Under the pieces are notes generated by a model. The model was not told the origin of the DNA, did not search any database, and saw only the letters and a list, made by a program, of their open reading frames with translations. A stretch of 64,000 nt of DNA from Antedon mediterranea (lineage: Eukaryota; Animalia; Echinodermata). Both the position numbers and the translations under genes were made by a program. Shown here piece by piece: positions 10,541 to 21,900 of the stretch; positions within the stretch are counted from its first letter, which is position 1; every line of letters begins with the position of its first letter. The stretch is from the NCBI RefSeq assembly GCF_964355755.1, contig NC_092680.1:10478001-10542000 (forward strand), read 5' to 3'.

Positions 10541-13486
10541 ATGAACAACATAGAAAATGAAATTAATATCTTCAATGTCAAGCATTCAGTTCAAAATGCA
10601 TATAACTTTGATCAAAACTTTATGAATTATCAAGATAAAGCCTTTTCCGCTTCACACGTTAATATTCGCTCCTTAAGTAAAAATTACGACAATCTCAATT
10701 TATTTTATGAAACCTGTATTAAATATAAATTTAATATTATTGGTATTTCAGAGGTATGGAAAATTTCCCAACCTGAGCTTTACCGGCTACAGAATTATAA
10801 TTTAGAAGTTGTATGTCGAGAGGATTCTCGTGGGGGCGGCGTAGGTGCCTACATTCATTCTTCTTTAAATTATAAACTTGTAAAAGCCAATGTTACCCAT
10901 GCTGAGTCCTTGTGGTTAAAAAGTTGCAAATAGTAATAATTCTGAATCCTTGTAGGCGTTATCTACCGAAAACCTAATACTAATATTAAAGAATTTCAAG
11001 ACAGTCTTATTCATACATTAAAGGAAAATAACATTGATAGAACGGACTGTATTCTCTTAGGGGATTTTAATTTGGATGCAAATGACAACAACACACTTAA
11101 TAATAACTTTTTTTCAATAATGGACTGCATTTGCATGACTCAACTTATAAACAGTCCAACAAGAAAAACGCTTACTACTAGTACAATAATTGATCATATT
11201 TATACAAATATTCATAAATTTAAAATACATTCCGGTACAATTTATACAGACATATCTGACCATTTCCCTATTTTTGCTGTTTTTGAAGATGTTACATTAG
11301 GCCTAAGAATAAAAGATAAGCCAATAACTATAACAAACAGAAACTTTAAAAATTATAAAGTTGAAAATGTTATTTCTTAACTGGCTTATTGTAATTGGCG
11401 AGAAGTGTATGATACCAATGATACAAATACAGCCTATAATAATTTTAATGATATATTTCTGAATGTTTGTGATAAACATGCCCCAATTACAACGCAAAAT
11501 CCAAAGAAACAGCATGTGAATAAACCTTGGCTTTCCAAAGCAATCAAGACAAGCATAAACAAAAAGAACAAAATGTACTCAAAGTGTATAAAAAGAAATT
11601 TTAATCCAGAGATATTTTCACGCTATAAGAAATACAGAAATATATTAACAAGTGTAATCAGAAAGGCTAAAAAAATATATTACGGTAAACTGTTCAGAAA
11701 TTGTAAAAACGATAGTGGAAAAATATGGAACAATATAAACATGCTAATTAAAGGATCTAACTCTAATGATCACGGAAATCCTCTCGATACACGCAGAGTG
11801 GTCTATGACATGGGTGAGCAAATAAGTAACGGTCCAGAAAATTGTGCTTCAACTTTCAAAAATTATTTTGTTAACATAGGGCCAAATTTAGCCAGCAAAA
11901 TTAATGAAAACTCGACACCACCTTCTGATTATTTACAAAATCCCATAACGCCTTCTTTTTTCTTGAAACCAATTACACATTATGAAATTAAAAATCTAAT
12001 TAAAAATATAGATATAAAGAAGTCATCTGGTTATGATTACATGTCTGGGCGTCTAGTCAAAGACTCTGCTTCCCATATTAGTAGACCACTTGAGCATGTA
12101 TTTAATTTATCATTTATTAATGGGATCTTCACAGATGCTCTGAAAATAGCAAAGGTGTATCCTATTTTTAAGAAGGGAGAAAAAGATGTTATAAACAATT
12201 ACAGGCCTATTTCTGTTCTACCAATTTTAGCCAAAATATTTGAAAAATTTGTTAATGTCCGAATGTTATAATTTCTCGAAAACCACCATATTCTCTATGA
12301 TCACCAATATGGATTTAGGAAAAATTACAACACTACATTGTCTCTTGTAAATCTAGTAAATTCAATTATCAAGAAAGTGGATGAAGGTAAAGTCACTATT
12401 GGAATCTTCATTGACATGGCAAAGGCATTTGATACAATTGATCATAATATTTTACTTAACAAACTTCATCACTACGGGATAAGAGGAATTTGCCTGGATT
12501 GGTTTAAAAGTTATCTAACAAACCGAAAACAGTTTGTAAATTATGGTGGATGCAACTCCACCGAAGAACGTATTACACATGGTATGCCTCAGGGCTCTGT
12601 CCTGGGACCAACACTTTTTCTTTTGTTTATAAATGACTTACCAACTTCATCAAAATTCTTTAATTTTCGATTATTTGCAGACGACTCAAATCTTTTTCAC
12701 ACATATGATGGAAAACACACTAATATCAATCTTGATGAAGTATCTTTTCAATTAAATAAAGTATTAAAATGGTGCAAAGCAAATAAGATAACAATTAACT
12801 CGTCCAAAACAAATTTCATTATATTCCAACTTCACAACTATAGGTAATATTATAATTGATAATAAGTACATCCAGGAAGTATCTGAATTCATGTTTATTG
12901 GCCTAATTATGGATAAACATTTGACATGGAAAAACAACATAGAGAAAATTAGAACTACTATTAAAAGAAAAATTGGAATCATTTTTAAATTGAGACATTT
13001 TCTTCCACAGAATATTCTTTTATTAATTTACAAATCATTTATACAACCACATATCATGTATGGGGAAGTAGTTATTCATCGTATTTACAACCTATCTTTT
13101 TACTTCAGAAAATGGCAGTGAGAGCAATTTCTTTTAGTGACTTTACCTCCCATTCCCAACCTTTATTTAAACAATTTAATTTGCTAGATGTATTTAAGTT
13201 ACACAAATTATGTATTTCCTTATTCATGTTTGATCTGTATCACGATAAATTGCCTCATGATCTAAACGAATATGTAACACTTATCACCCATTCATCTGAA
13301 ACTAGACAAAAATGTAAGGGAAATCTATACCAACCTAAGGCAAATAGTACATCCGGCCAATTTTCCATTACCTGTATAGGCACAAAAATATGGAACGAAA
13401 TACCAATACAAGTCCGGGAAATTAAATATAGGAAACATTTTAAAACCAAAGTCATAGAACTCCTGTTGGAGTCATACAATTTGTGA
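10541..13486 (+). pseudogene. LINE ORF2 (APE endonuclease + reverse transcriptase), disrupted
   Basis: APE motifs HVNIRSL, IIGISEVW, RGGGVGAY, GDFN, IDHIY, SDHFPI. RT motifs YRPISVLP, QYGFR, DMAKAFD, PQGSVLGP, FADD. Stops or frameshifts near 10930, 11380, 12270, 12850 and 13070-13110. Confidence 0.92.
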
Positions 13487-13717
13487 GTAAATGTATGGCA
13501 TTAATATATACATGTGTGTATATGTATGTATATACAATTGAAACGGAATGATATGTGTGTGTGTATGTATATGTATATGATTTACAGTATAATTTATATA
13601 TGTTATATATATACATCTATTATTATTATTACTATTATACTATTATTTATTAGTAATTAAATTCTATCATAATATGATTTGTTTGATTTGAATAAAATTG
13701 AAATATTTTAGTTATAC

Positions 13718-13764
13718 AGGGAGTGGAGCTTGATAGGCATGAAGTTGCCTTTTCTCTTCTTCCT
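13718..13764 (+). other. 3'-UTR stem-loop of the LINE (putative RT recognition signal)
   Basis: AGGCA (13735-13739) and TGCCT (13746-13750) form a hairpin inside imperfect purine/pyrimidine arms ~80 nt upstream of the tail. L2/CR1-group elements use 3' stem-loops. Confidence 0.5.
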
Positions 13765-13843
13765 TTTTATCCAATTATTTTAATATTTTATATTATAATG
13801 TTATGTTTATGTGTTGTTTTTTTTGGATGAATAAAGAAAGAAA

Positions 13844-14972
13844 TCACTTTTTTGTTTGACATTTTGTTTTCCTTTCTCCGATCTTTTTTGGATTATCTTG
13901 TCCATGGACCAATTAGGGTACTCGTACCCAACGAGCGCATGTTTAATCTTTTTCATAGTTTCTCGTCTTTTTTAGTGACAACTTTTTCACATCTGTCAAC
14001 CAGAGTGTTAACCACACTTAACTTATGTTCCAATGGATGGCAGGAGTGAAAATTTAAGTATTGGTCTGTGTGGGTCTTTTTTCTGTAAACTGTCGTCGTC
14101 AGGTCTCCATTGTTCAGTGTAATTATGATGTCTAAGAAAGGTAATGTATTGTTAGACATATGCTCAGTTGTAAATTTTATGTTACCTGTTTTGTCAATTG
14201 TGTTTAAGTGTGAGTTAAGATGTTCCGCTGATCCTTCTGGATTGAGAGCTAATATGTCGTCAACATACCTTTTCCAATATGTTGGCTTCATTCCGTCTGG
14301 TGCTGTTTGCAGTGCTTTTTCTTCTAAATCCTCCAGATACAAATTTGCAACGATCGGGCTGATGGGACTGCCCATGGCAATACCGCCAATCTGTTTATAT
14401 ATTTTGTCCTGGAAGCTGAAATAAGTGGTATTAATAACAAGTGATAGTAAATCTATTATATCTCTAATGACCATGTTTGTGCGTTTTTTCAGTGTCTTAT
14501 CTTGTGAAAGTCTCCTTTCTACTATTTCTATTGCTTCTTTGGTGGAGGTTTTTGTGAAAAGAGACACAACGTCAAACGAGACAAATGTGTGATTTTCAGG
14601 AATGTCAAGCGTGATTAGTTCCTCAACTAGTTGTTTTGAATTGTCGACGTGGTGGCAGGAGGTGCCAACCAACGGAGAGAGGATTTCAGCTAATTTTTTG
14701 CCCAAGTTATAGTAGATGGTGTTTCAATCCACAATAGGTCGTAGTGGAACATCAGGTTTGTGGATTTTGGGTAAACAGTATAACCTTGGTGTGATTTCTT
14801 CAGTTGGGAATAAAGTAGCTTTCTCTTTATTGCTAATTTTCTTTTCATCTAGGAGCCGTTTTAATATTTTAACATACTGTGTTTTGTATCTTTTGGTAGG
14901 GTTGTGGTTTAAGGCTTGGTATACCTTATTGAGCATCCCTTGGACTTTTTTTATATAATCAACTTTGTCCCA
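13844..14972 (-). pseudogene. Penelope reverse transcriptase, N-terminally truncated and frameshifted
   Basis: ORFs 14724..14936 and 13953..14705, then a frameshifted continuation KKIKHALVGYEYPNW...KQKS up to the LINE junction. Confidence 0.92.
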
Positions 14973-15067
14973 AAATTGTACAACAACTTACTAAAGAGGA
15001 GGCTCCGACAATCCCATTTGATCTTACTTAAAATACTATACAGTGATCCAGATGAACCTTTTTACTA
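14968..15067 (+). repeat. Inverted, internally deleted pseudo-LTR with a ~34-nt tail
   Basis: 14968-15020 is the reverse complement of 8645-8697 (51/53 identical). TTACTTAAAA at 15024-15033 is the reverse complement of 8462-8471. 15034-15067 is unique. Confidence 0.8.
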
Positions 15068-15083
15068 ATCTCTCTCTCTCGCT

Positions 15084-15156
<73 letters not shown>

Positions 15157-15175
15157 TCTATCTCTCTCTCTCGCT

Positions 15176-15244
<69 letters not shown>

Positions 15245-15283
15245 TCTATCTCTCTCTCTCGCTGATCTCTCTCTCTCGCTGAT
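15068..15283 (+). repeat. Satellite remnant between two retroelements, with two (CT)~30 tracts
   Basis: GCTGATC motifs are separated by ~60-nt pure CT runs at ~15087-15151 and ~15177-15239. Confidence 0.95.
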
Positions 15284-18200
15284 TAACAACTTCAATATTT
15301 ATACCTATCATAGAACGCATAGGAAGGGTGGTGGAGTGGCTGTATATGTTAATTCTGAATTTCTGTCGCGAAGAATACCTGAAATAGTAGTACCCGAAGA
15401 GCTAGAGTGTGTTTGGGTTTTTATAAGACCGAAGAGGCTTCCTAGAGCTGTATCCTCTATTATAGTTTGTGGAATATATATTCCACCTAATTCTTCTGAC
15501 CAACAACTACTTTTGGATCATATTATTAATTCTCTTGACAGTCTTAAACTTAAACACCCAGACGCTGGCTTCATTATTATGGAGGACCTGAACAGAACTG
15601 ACCTAGCCCCACTATGCCGTGCACATAACCTAAAACAAATTGTGAAAGAACCAACGCGAGGGGATGCAATACTAGATATTATAGCCACCAATCTGAAGCA
15701 GTATTATTGCGATCCCCGAATTGTGTCGCCGATGGGTGCTAGCGATCATAATTGTGTTCTGTTGTCAGTAACTACAAGGACGAATAGCAACAAAATCGAA
15801 AAGCGTGTAATCAGACCAATGAAAGCGAAAAGTGTTGAAGAATTTGGCCGTTGGATAACTACCCATGACTGGAACGAGGTTATTAACGCGAGTACTACTG
15901 AACAGAAAACGCAATCATTTTATTTGTCATTGACTTCTGCTATGAACACTTTCTTCACGGTTAAATCCATTAAGATACATCCAACTGATAAGCCATGGAT
16001 TTCACAACAAGCAAAGGATCTTATAATGAAACGTCAACACGCTTTTACTAATCATGGTAAATCGCTGGAATGGAAATTCTATAGGAATAAGGTACAAAAA
16101 GTGATCAAGAAAGACAAAATGAACTTTTACAATGAACGTTTATTAAACTTAAAGCCACTAATCCCCATAAATGGCACCAAGGCGTGCAGATGTTAGCTAA
16201 TAAAACAAAACCCCAACCACTTATTAGTGTTGGGGATATTCCGCAGGATGACTATCATGGTATAAGTAATTTTGTAAACAACCATTTTGCTATAACTTCC
16301 CAAAGCAGACCTAGTATTGATTTATGTAAGCTTCCTACGTATTTACCTGCTAATAAACCCCCTAATGTAAAAGAATGGAAAATGTACAATTAATTAAGAA
16401 AAGTTAAAGTAAATAAGTCCCCGGGCCCTGATAATGTGCCTAACAGATTAATAAGAGATTTTGCATGCGAACTAAGCATCCCTATGACTAATATCTTAAA
16501 TGCCTCCCTCAGTGAGGGTCATGTCCAAACTATGTGGAAAGAGGCTATTGTTACTCCGGTTCCCAAAGAAAATGGTTGTACTAGGGGCTTCATTAAAAAA
16601 TGGCTCTTAACAGATATCGAGAAAAATCTTTATAACAACCAATATGGTTGCCGTAAACACTTTTCTACAACCCATAATTTGGTTGATCTACTAAATGTGT
16701 TCTATGAAGGTAGTAACATTCCCAAATCTGTTGGTCAGTTAGTTTTAACTGACTTTAGTAAAGCATTCGATTGTGTTGACCACGCAATAGCAGTTTCTAA
16801 ATTAGTAACACTTGGCTGTAGACCTGAAATTGTACCGTGGTTAATTAGCTTTTTGTCAAACAGAACCCAACAAGTACGCTATAAATCCACCTTATCAATG
16901 AGTGTTAATCTAACATGTGGCGTCCCTCAAGGTACGCTCCTTGGGCCTATGATCTTTCTTGCTCTAATTAATGATGCCATGCAAGACTCGCCATGTAAAC
17001 TTGGAAATATGTAGATGATTTGTACATAGGACAGATAGTAAAAAAGGATGAAATTTCCTCAATTCAGAATGATGTTGCTTTACTGAATGTATGGTCTAAT
17101 GAAAACAAACTAAAACTTAACCCAACTAAATGTAAAACTATGTATTTTAACTTTCAATATGAACATGAACCCCTTTTGATTGGTAATGCTACAATTGAAA
17201 TCGTTAATGAAACTAAGTTACTAGGTTTATGGATACAAGCTAACCTCAAATGGGACCGTAATGTTAAAGAAATTGTATCCAAAGCCAGCAGACGTCTGCA
17301 TATATTATGTAGATTAAGAAAGTTCAATCTTCGAAATTTGATCTTGTAGATGTATTTAAGAGTTACATAAGACCAAGTGTTGAATATGCTGTCCCATGAG
17401 TATGGCATTCTAGTCTCACTAAGAAACAAAGTGATATGATAGAATCTGTCCAAAAAAGGGGTTGCAGAATAATATTGTGTAATGACTACATATGTTATGA
17501 CCAGGCACTCAATGATCTTTCTTTAGACACTTTATCTGATAGAAGGCGTAATCTATGCTATAAGTTTGCTCTGAATTGTTCAAAAAGTATTCATTTTGGA
17601 AAATGGTTTCCAGTGAAGAATGTAAGTAACATGAAACTAAGACGTGTAAAGTATCAACAACCCAAATGCAGAGTTGAAAGATATAGAACAAGGCCAACAG
17701 CCATTAAGTCGCGTGCTACAATGCATAATGATACCGGACCGACAGACAGACCGACAGACAGACCGACAGACAGACCGACCGACATAGTGAACTATAGACG
17801 CGTCCACGCGACTAAAAAGGCATAATTTTGACGAATTTTTTTACTTTTTCATTAAAAACGTGCGCAAATTATCCAATTCGACGTGCTCGTATGACGTAAT
17901 TTTAAGTCTAAATTGTTTAAAAGATGGTAAAATTATTAGAAAAGGCTGCAAAAACATAAATCGCGCAAAAAAAGTATGTATTTAACGATACGTGCGCACC
18001 ACGCGCGTAAAAATTTGCGCGCGTATGGGAATTTTTTGACATGCTCAAAATGACAAGAAACGCGTAGAAAGTTGATTAAAAATGAATTTTTCGCATTTTA
18101 AAATTTTAAATGCGCGTTCGCGCGTAACTTTGTGGCTTTCTGACTCATGGCAATTTGTAAACGCTTAAAATTGCCTGAAACGTACTCTTATTTCATCGAA

Positions 18201-18646
18201 AATAAATTTTGAAAATTTTAAGCGCGCGTACGCATGCGTTACATGCGCTACGCACGTAATTGTACTGCCATATGATGATTTATGCCCTGAAATTTATGAG
18301 TACCAAATTTTATTTAATTGTGATTCATGGTTGTGAAGATATGATTACAAACGTGATTTCGTTACATCGTACGTAGACCGCGTAATTTTTTATTGCGCAC
18401 CGTGAAAACATAAGCACATCGATTCCTGGCCATAAAGAATATACTGTGAAAAATTGACTTAGCTAGATTAAACTGATATCAAGATAAGGTCAGAAAGCGA
18501 TAAAACGCATAGTGATACCGGACCGACAGACAGACCGACAGACCGACAGACCGACAGACCGACCGACCGACATAGTGAACTATAGAGTCGCTTCCACGCG
18601 ACTAAAAAGTGCAATACCATACCTTATCTCGCTTCTAAATGAATAA
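15284..18646 (+). pseudogene. ORF2 (APE + RT) of the second LINE, disrupted and split by an insertion at 17688-18604
   Basis: KGGGVAVY, GIYIPP, EPTRGDAILD, SDH, KPWIS, QYG, DFSKAFD, GVPQGTLLGP, KYVDD (frameshifted), ESVQKR. The C-terminus CRVERYR|KSAIPYLISLLNE* is restored in frame when the insertion is removed. Confidence 0.9.
17688..18604 (-). mobile_element. Non-autonomous Helentron-associated (HINE/DINE-1-like) rolling-circle element
   Basis: Minus strand starts (TTTT)TAGTCGCGTGGAAGCGACT (5' hairpin), then a GTCG/GTCT microsatellite, and ends CACGCGACTTAATGGCTGTTGGCCTTGT(T). Sub-terminal inverted repeats AGTCGCGTG (17707-17715) and CACGCGACT (18595-18603). Inserted in an A/T run with no TSD. 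Confidence 0.8.
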
Positions 18647-18912
18647 TCAGTATATATCACCCAGTACAGCTATGCGATTCTTATTGGTGCTTTAAGGTGT
18701 TTTTTTTTTCTATTTTAATATTTTAAGCTAAACTTTTTTAATGTTCCTGTATTGTATTTCTTGTGTAAATTGCCTCCTTTTTTTAATATATAATTATTAT
18801 TGGTTTTATACTAATATACAAATTTTAATATTGAGAAAATGTAAATATCTTTGTAATTCAGCTAAGGCTGCGATAATGATATTGAAATAAATGAAATGAA
18901 ATGAAAAAAAAA

Positions 18913-21900
18913 ATCTATCTCTCTCTCTCGCTGATCTATCTCTCTCTCTCTCTCGCTGATCTATCTCTCTCTCGCTGATCTATCTCTCTCTCGCTGACTT
19001 ATCTCTCTCTCTCGCTGATCTATCTCTCTCTCGCTGATCTATCTCTCTCTCGCTGATCTATCTCTCTCTCGCTGATCTATCCCTCTCTCGCTGATCTATC
19101 TCTCTCTCGTTGATCTATCTCTCTCTCGCTGATCTATCTCTCTCTCGCTGATCTATCCCTCTCTCGCTGATCTATGCCTCTCTCGCAGATCTATCTCTCT
19201 CTCTCGCTGATCTATCCCTCTCTCGCTGATCTATCCCTCTCTCGCTGATCTATCCCTCTCTCGCTGATCTATCCCTCTCTCGCTGATCTATCTCTCTCTG
19301 GCTGATCTATCGCTCTCTCGCTGATCTATCGCTCTCTCGCTGATCTATATCTCTCTCGCTGATCTATCCCTCTCTCGCTGATCTATCTCTCTCTCGTTGA
19401 TCTATCTCTCTCTCGCTGATCTATCTCTCTCTCGCTGATCTATCCCTCTCTCACTGATCTATCCCTCTCTCGCTGATCTATCTCTCTCTCGCTAATCTAT
19501 CCCTCTCTCGCTGATCTATCCTTCTCTCGCTGATCTATCCCTCTCTCGCTGATCTTTCCCTCTCTCGCTGATCTATCTCTCTCTCGCTGATCTATCTCTC
19601 TCTCGCTGATCTATCCCTCTCTCGCTGATCTATCTCTCTCTCGCTCGCTGATCTATCCTTCTCTCGCTGATCTATCTCTCTCTCGCTGATCTATCCCTCT
19701 CTCGCTGATCTATCTCTCTCTCGCTGATCTATCTGTGTCTCGCTGATCTATCTCTCTCTCACTGATCTATCTGTGTCTCGCTGATCTATCTCTTTCTCTC
19801 GCTGATCTTACTCTCTTTCGCTGATCTATCTCTCTCGCTGATCTATCTGTGTCTCGCTGATCTATCTCTCTCTCTCACTGATCTATCTGTGTCTCGCTGA
19901 TCTATCTCTCTCTCTCGCTGATCTAACTCTCTTTCGCTGATCTATCTCTCTCGCTGATCTATCTGTGTCTCGCTGATCTATCTCTCTCTCGCTGATCTAT
20001 CGCTCTCTCGCTGATCTATCTCTCTCTCGCTGATCTATCTGTGTCTCGCTGATATATCACTCTATCTCTCGCTGATCTATCTCTCTCTCGCTGATCTATC
20101 TCTCTCGCTGATCTATCTCTCTCTCGCTGATCTATCTCTATCTCGCTGATCTATCTCTCTGTCGCTGATCTATCTCTCTCTCTCGCTGATCTATATCTCT
20201 CTCGCTGATCTATCTCTCTCTCTCGCTGATCTATCTCTCTCTCTCACTGATCTATCTATCTCTCTGTCGCTGATCTATCTCTCTCTCGCTGATCTATCTC
20301 TTTCTCGCTGATCTATCTCTCTCTCGCTGATCTGTCTCTCTGTCGCTGATCTATCTCTCTCTCGCTAATCTATCTCTCTGTCGCTGATCTATCTCTCTCT
20401 CGCTTATCTATCTCTCTCTCGCTGATCTATCTCTCTCTCGCTGATATATCTCTCTCTCGCTGATCTATCTCTCTCTCGCTGATATATCTCTCTCTCGCTG
20501 ATCTATCTCTCTCTCGCTGATCTATCTCTCTCTCTCGCTGATCTATCTCTATCTCGCTGATCTATCTCTCTCTCGCTGATCTATCTCTATCTCGCTGATC
20601 TATCCCTTTCTCGCTGATCTATCTCTCTCTCGCTGATCTATCTCTCTCTCTCGCTGATCTATCTCTCTCTCGCTGATCTATCTCTCTCTCGCTGATCTAT
20701 CTCTCTCGCTGATCTATCTCTCTCTCGCTGATCTATCTCTCTCTAGCTGATTTATCTCCCTCTCGCTGATCTGTCTCTCTCTTGCTGATCTATCTCTCTC
20801 TCGCTGATCTATCCCTCTCTCGCTGATCTATCTATCTCTCGCTGATCTATCTGTGTCTCGCTGATCTATCTCTCTCTCGCTGATCTATCGCTCTCTCGCT
20901 TATTTATCTCTCTCTCGCTGATCTATCGCTCTCTCGCTGATCTATCTCTCTCTCGCTGATCTATCTCTCTCTCGCTGATCTGTCTCTCTCTCGCTGATCT
21001 ATCCCTCTCTCGCTGATCTATCTCTATCTCTCTCGCTGATCTATCTGTGTCTCGCTGATCTATCTCTCTCTCGCTGATCTATCTGTGTCTCGCTGATCTA
21101 TCTCCCTCTCGCTTATCTATCTCTCTCCGCTGATCTATCTCTCTCTCGCTGATCTATCTGTGTCTCGCTGATATATCTCTCTATCTCTCGCTGATCTATC
21201 TCTCTCTCGCTGATCTATCTCTCTCGCTGATCTATCTCTATCTCGCTGATCTATCTCTCTGTCGCTGATCTATCTCTCTCTCTCGCTGATCTATATCTCT
21301 CTCGCTGATCTTTCTCTCTCTCTCGCTGATCTATCTCTCTCTCTCACTGATCTATCTATCTCTCTGTCGCTGATCTATCTCTCTCTCGCTGATCTATCTC
21401 TCTCTCGCTGATCTGTCTCTCTGTCGCTGATCTATCTCTCTCTCGCTAATCTATCTCTCTGTCGCTGATCTATCTCTCTCTCGCTTATCTATCTCTCTCT
21501 CGCTGATCTATCTCTCTCTCGCTGATATCTCTCTCTCTCTCGCTGATCTATCTCTCTCTCGCTGATATATCTCTCTCTCTCGCTGATCTATCCTCTCTCG
21601 CTGATCTATCTCTATCTCGCTGATCTATCTCTCTCTCGCTGATATATCTCTCTCTCGCTGATCTATCTCTCTCTCGCTGATCTATCTCTCTCTCTCGCTG
21701 ATCTATCTCTCTCTCGCTGATCTATCTCTCTCTCGCTGATCTATCTCTCTCGCTGATCTATCTCTCTCTCGCTGATCTATCTCTCTCTAGCTGATTTATC
21801 TCCCTCTCGCTGATCTGTCTCTCTCTTGCTGATCTATCTCTCTCTCGCTGATCTATCTCTCTCTCTCTCTCTCTCGCTGATTTATCTCTCTCTCGCTGAT

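Larger units (their letters stand above)
9208..13843 (+). mobile_element. Near full-length non-LTR retrotransposon, CR1/L2 group (Crack-like), nested in the Penelope element
   Basis: 5' UTR, ORF1, APE-RT ORF2, AT-rich 3' UTR with a hairpin and an AATAAAGAAAGAAA tail. Boundaries are set by where Penelope coding sequence stops (9207) and resumes (13844). The clade assignment is tentative. Confidence 0.9.
8458..15067 (-). mobile_element. Penelope-like retroelement (Penelope/Poseidon type, RT + C-terminal GIY-YIG), 5'-truncated with an inverted partial pLTR; interrupted by a LINE at 9208-13843
   Basis: Minus-strand RT motifs (PRLYCLPKIHKP..PLRPIV, SFDVVSLFT, GIAMGSPISP, RYVDD, LPFLD, YRKKTHT) at 13953-14936. 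GIY-YIG domain at 8555-9207. Inverted 53-bp copy of the 3' region at 14968-15020. Candidate 13-bp TSD ATCTCTCTCTCTC at 8445-8457 and 15068-15080 (weak, low complexity). Confidence 0.92.
15284..18912 (+). mobile_element. 5'-truncated CR1-like LINE (second family), inserted into a satellite monomer
   Basis: Begins inside the APE domain. 3' end TTGTAATTCAGCTAAGGCTGCG...AATAAA(TGAAA)3 plus an A run. Flanks GCTGAT| and |ATCTATC rebuild one monomer with a possible 2-bp AT duplication. Confidence 0.9.

Noticed and set aside
13490-13660. (TA)/(TG)/(TTA) simple repeats as a separate feature
   Set aside because: Ordinary low-complexity 3' UTR of the LINE.
8555-14972. Telomerase-like or bacterial RT/nuclease system (retron, group II intron)
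   Set aside because: RT motifs plus a C-terminal GIY-YIG, pLTR and hammerhead are diagnostic of Penelope-like elements.
8565-17697. Short antisense or off-frame ORFs (8565+, 8730-, 9456-, 9681-, 9734-, 10071-, 11303-, 12764-, 13255-, 13852+, 14110+, 14716+, 17154-, 17509-)
   Set aside because: Shadow frames overlapping recognisable retroelement coding sequence, with no motifs of their own.
17436-17825. ORF ending in PTDR repeats as a novel protein
   Set aside because: Chimera of the LINE C-terminus read through into the Helentron-like microsatellite; the true end KSAIPYLISLLNE* lies at 18605-18646.
17723-18609. Direct repeats read as LTRs of a TRIM/LTR element
   Set aside because: No TG...CA ends, PBS, PPT or TSD; sub-TIRs, hairpin, microsatellite and T-run target fit a Helentron-type element.
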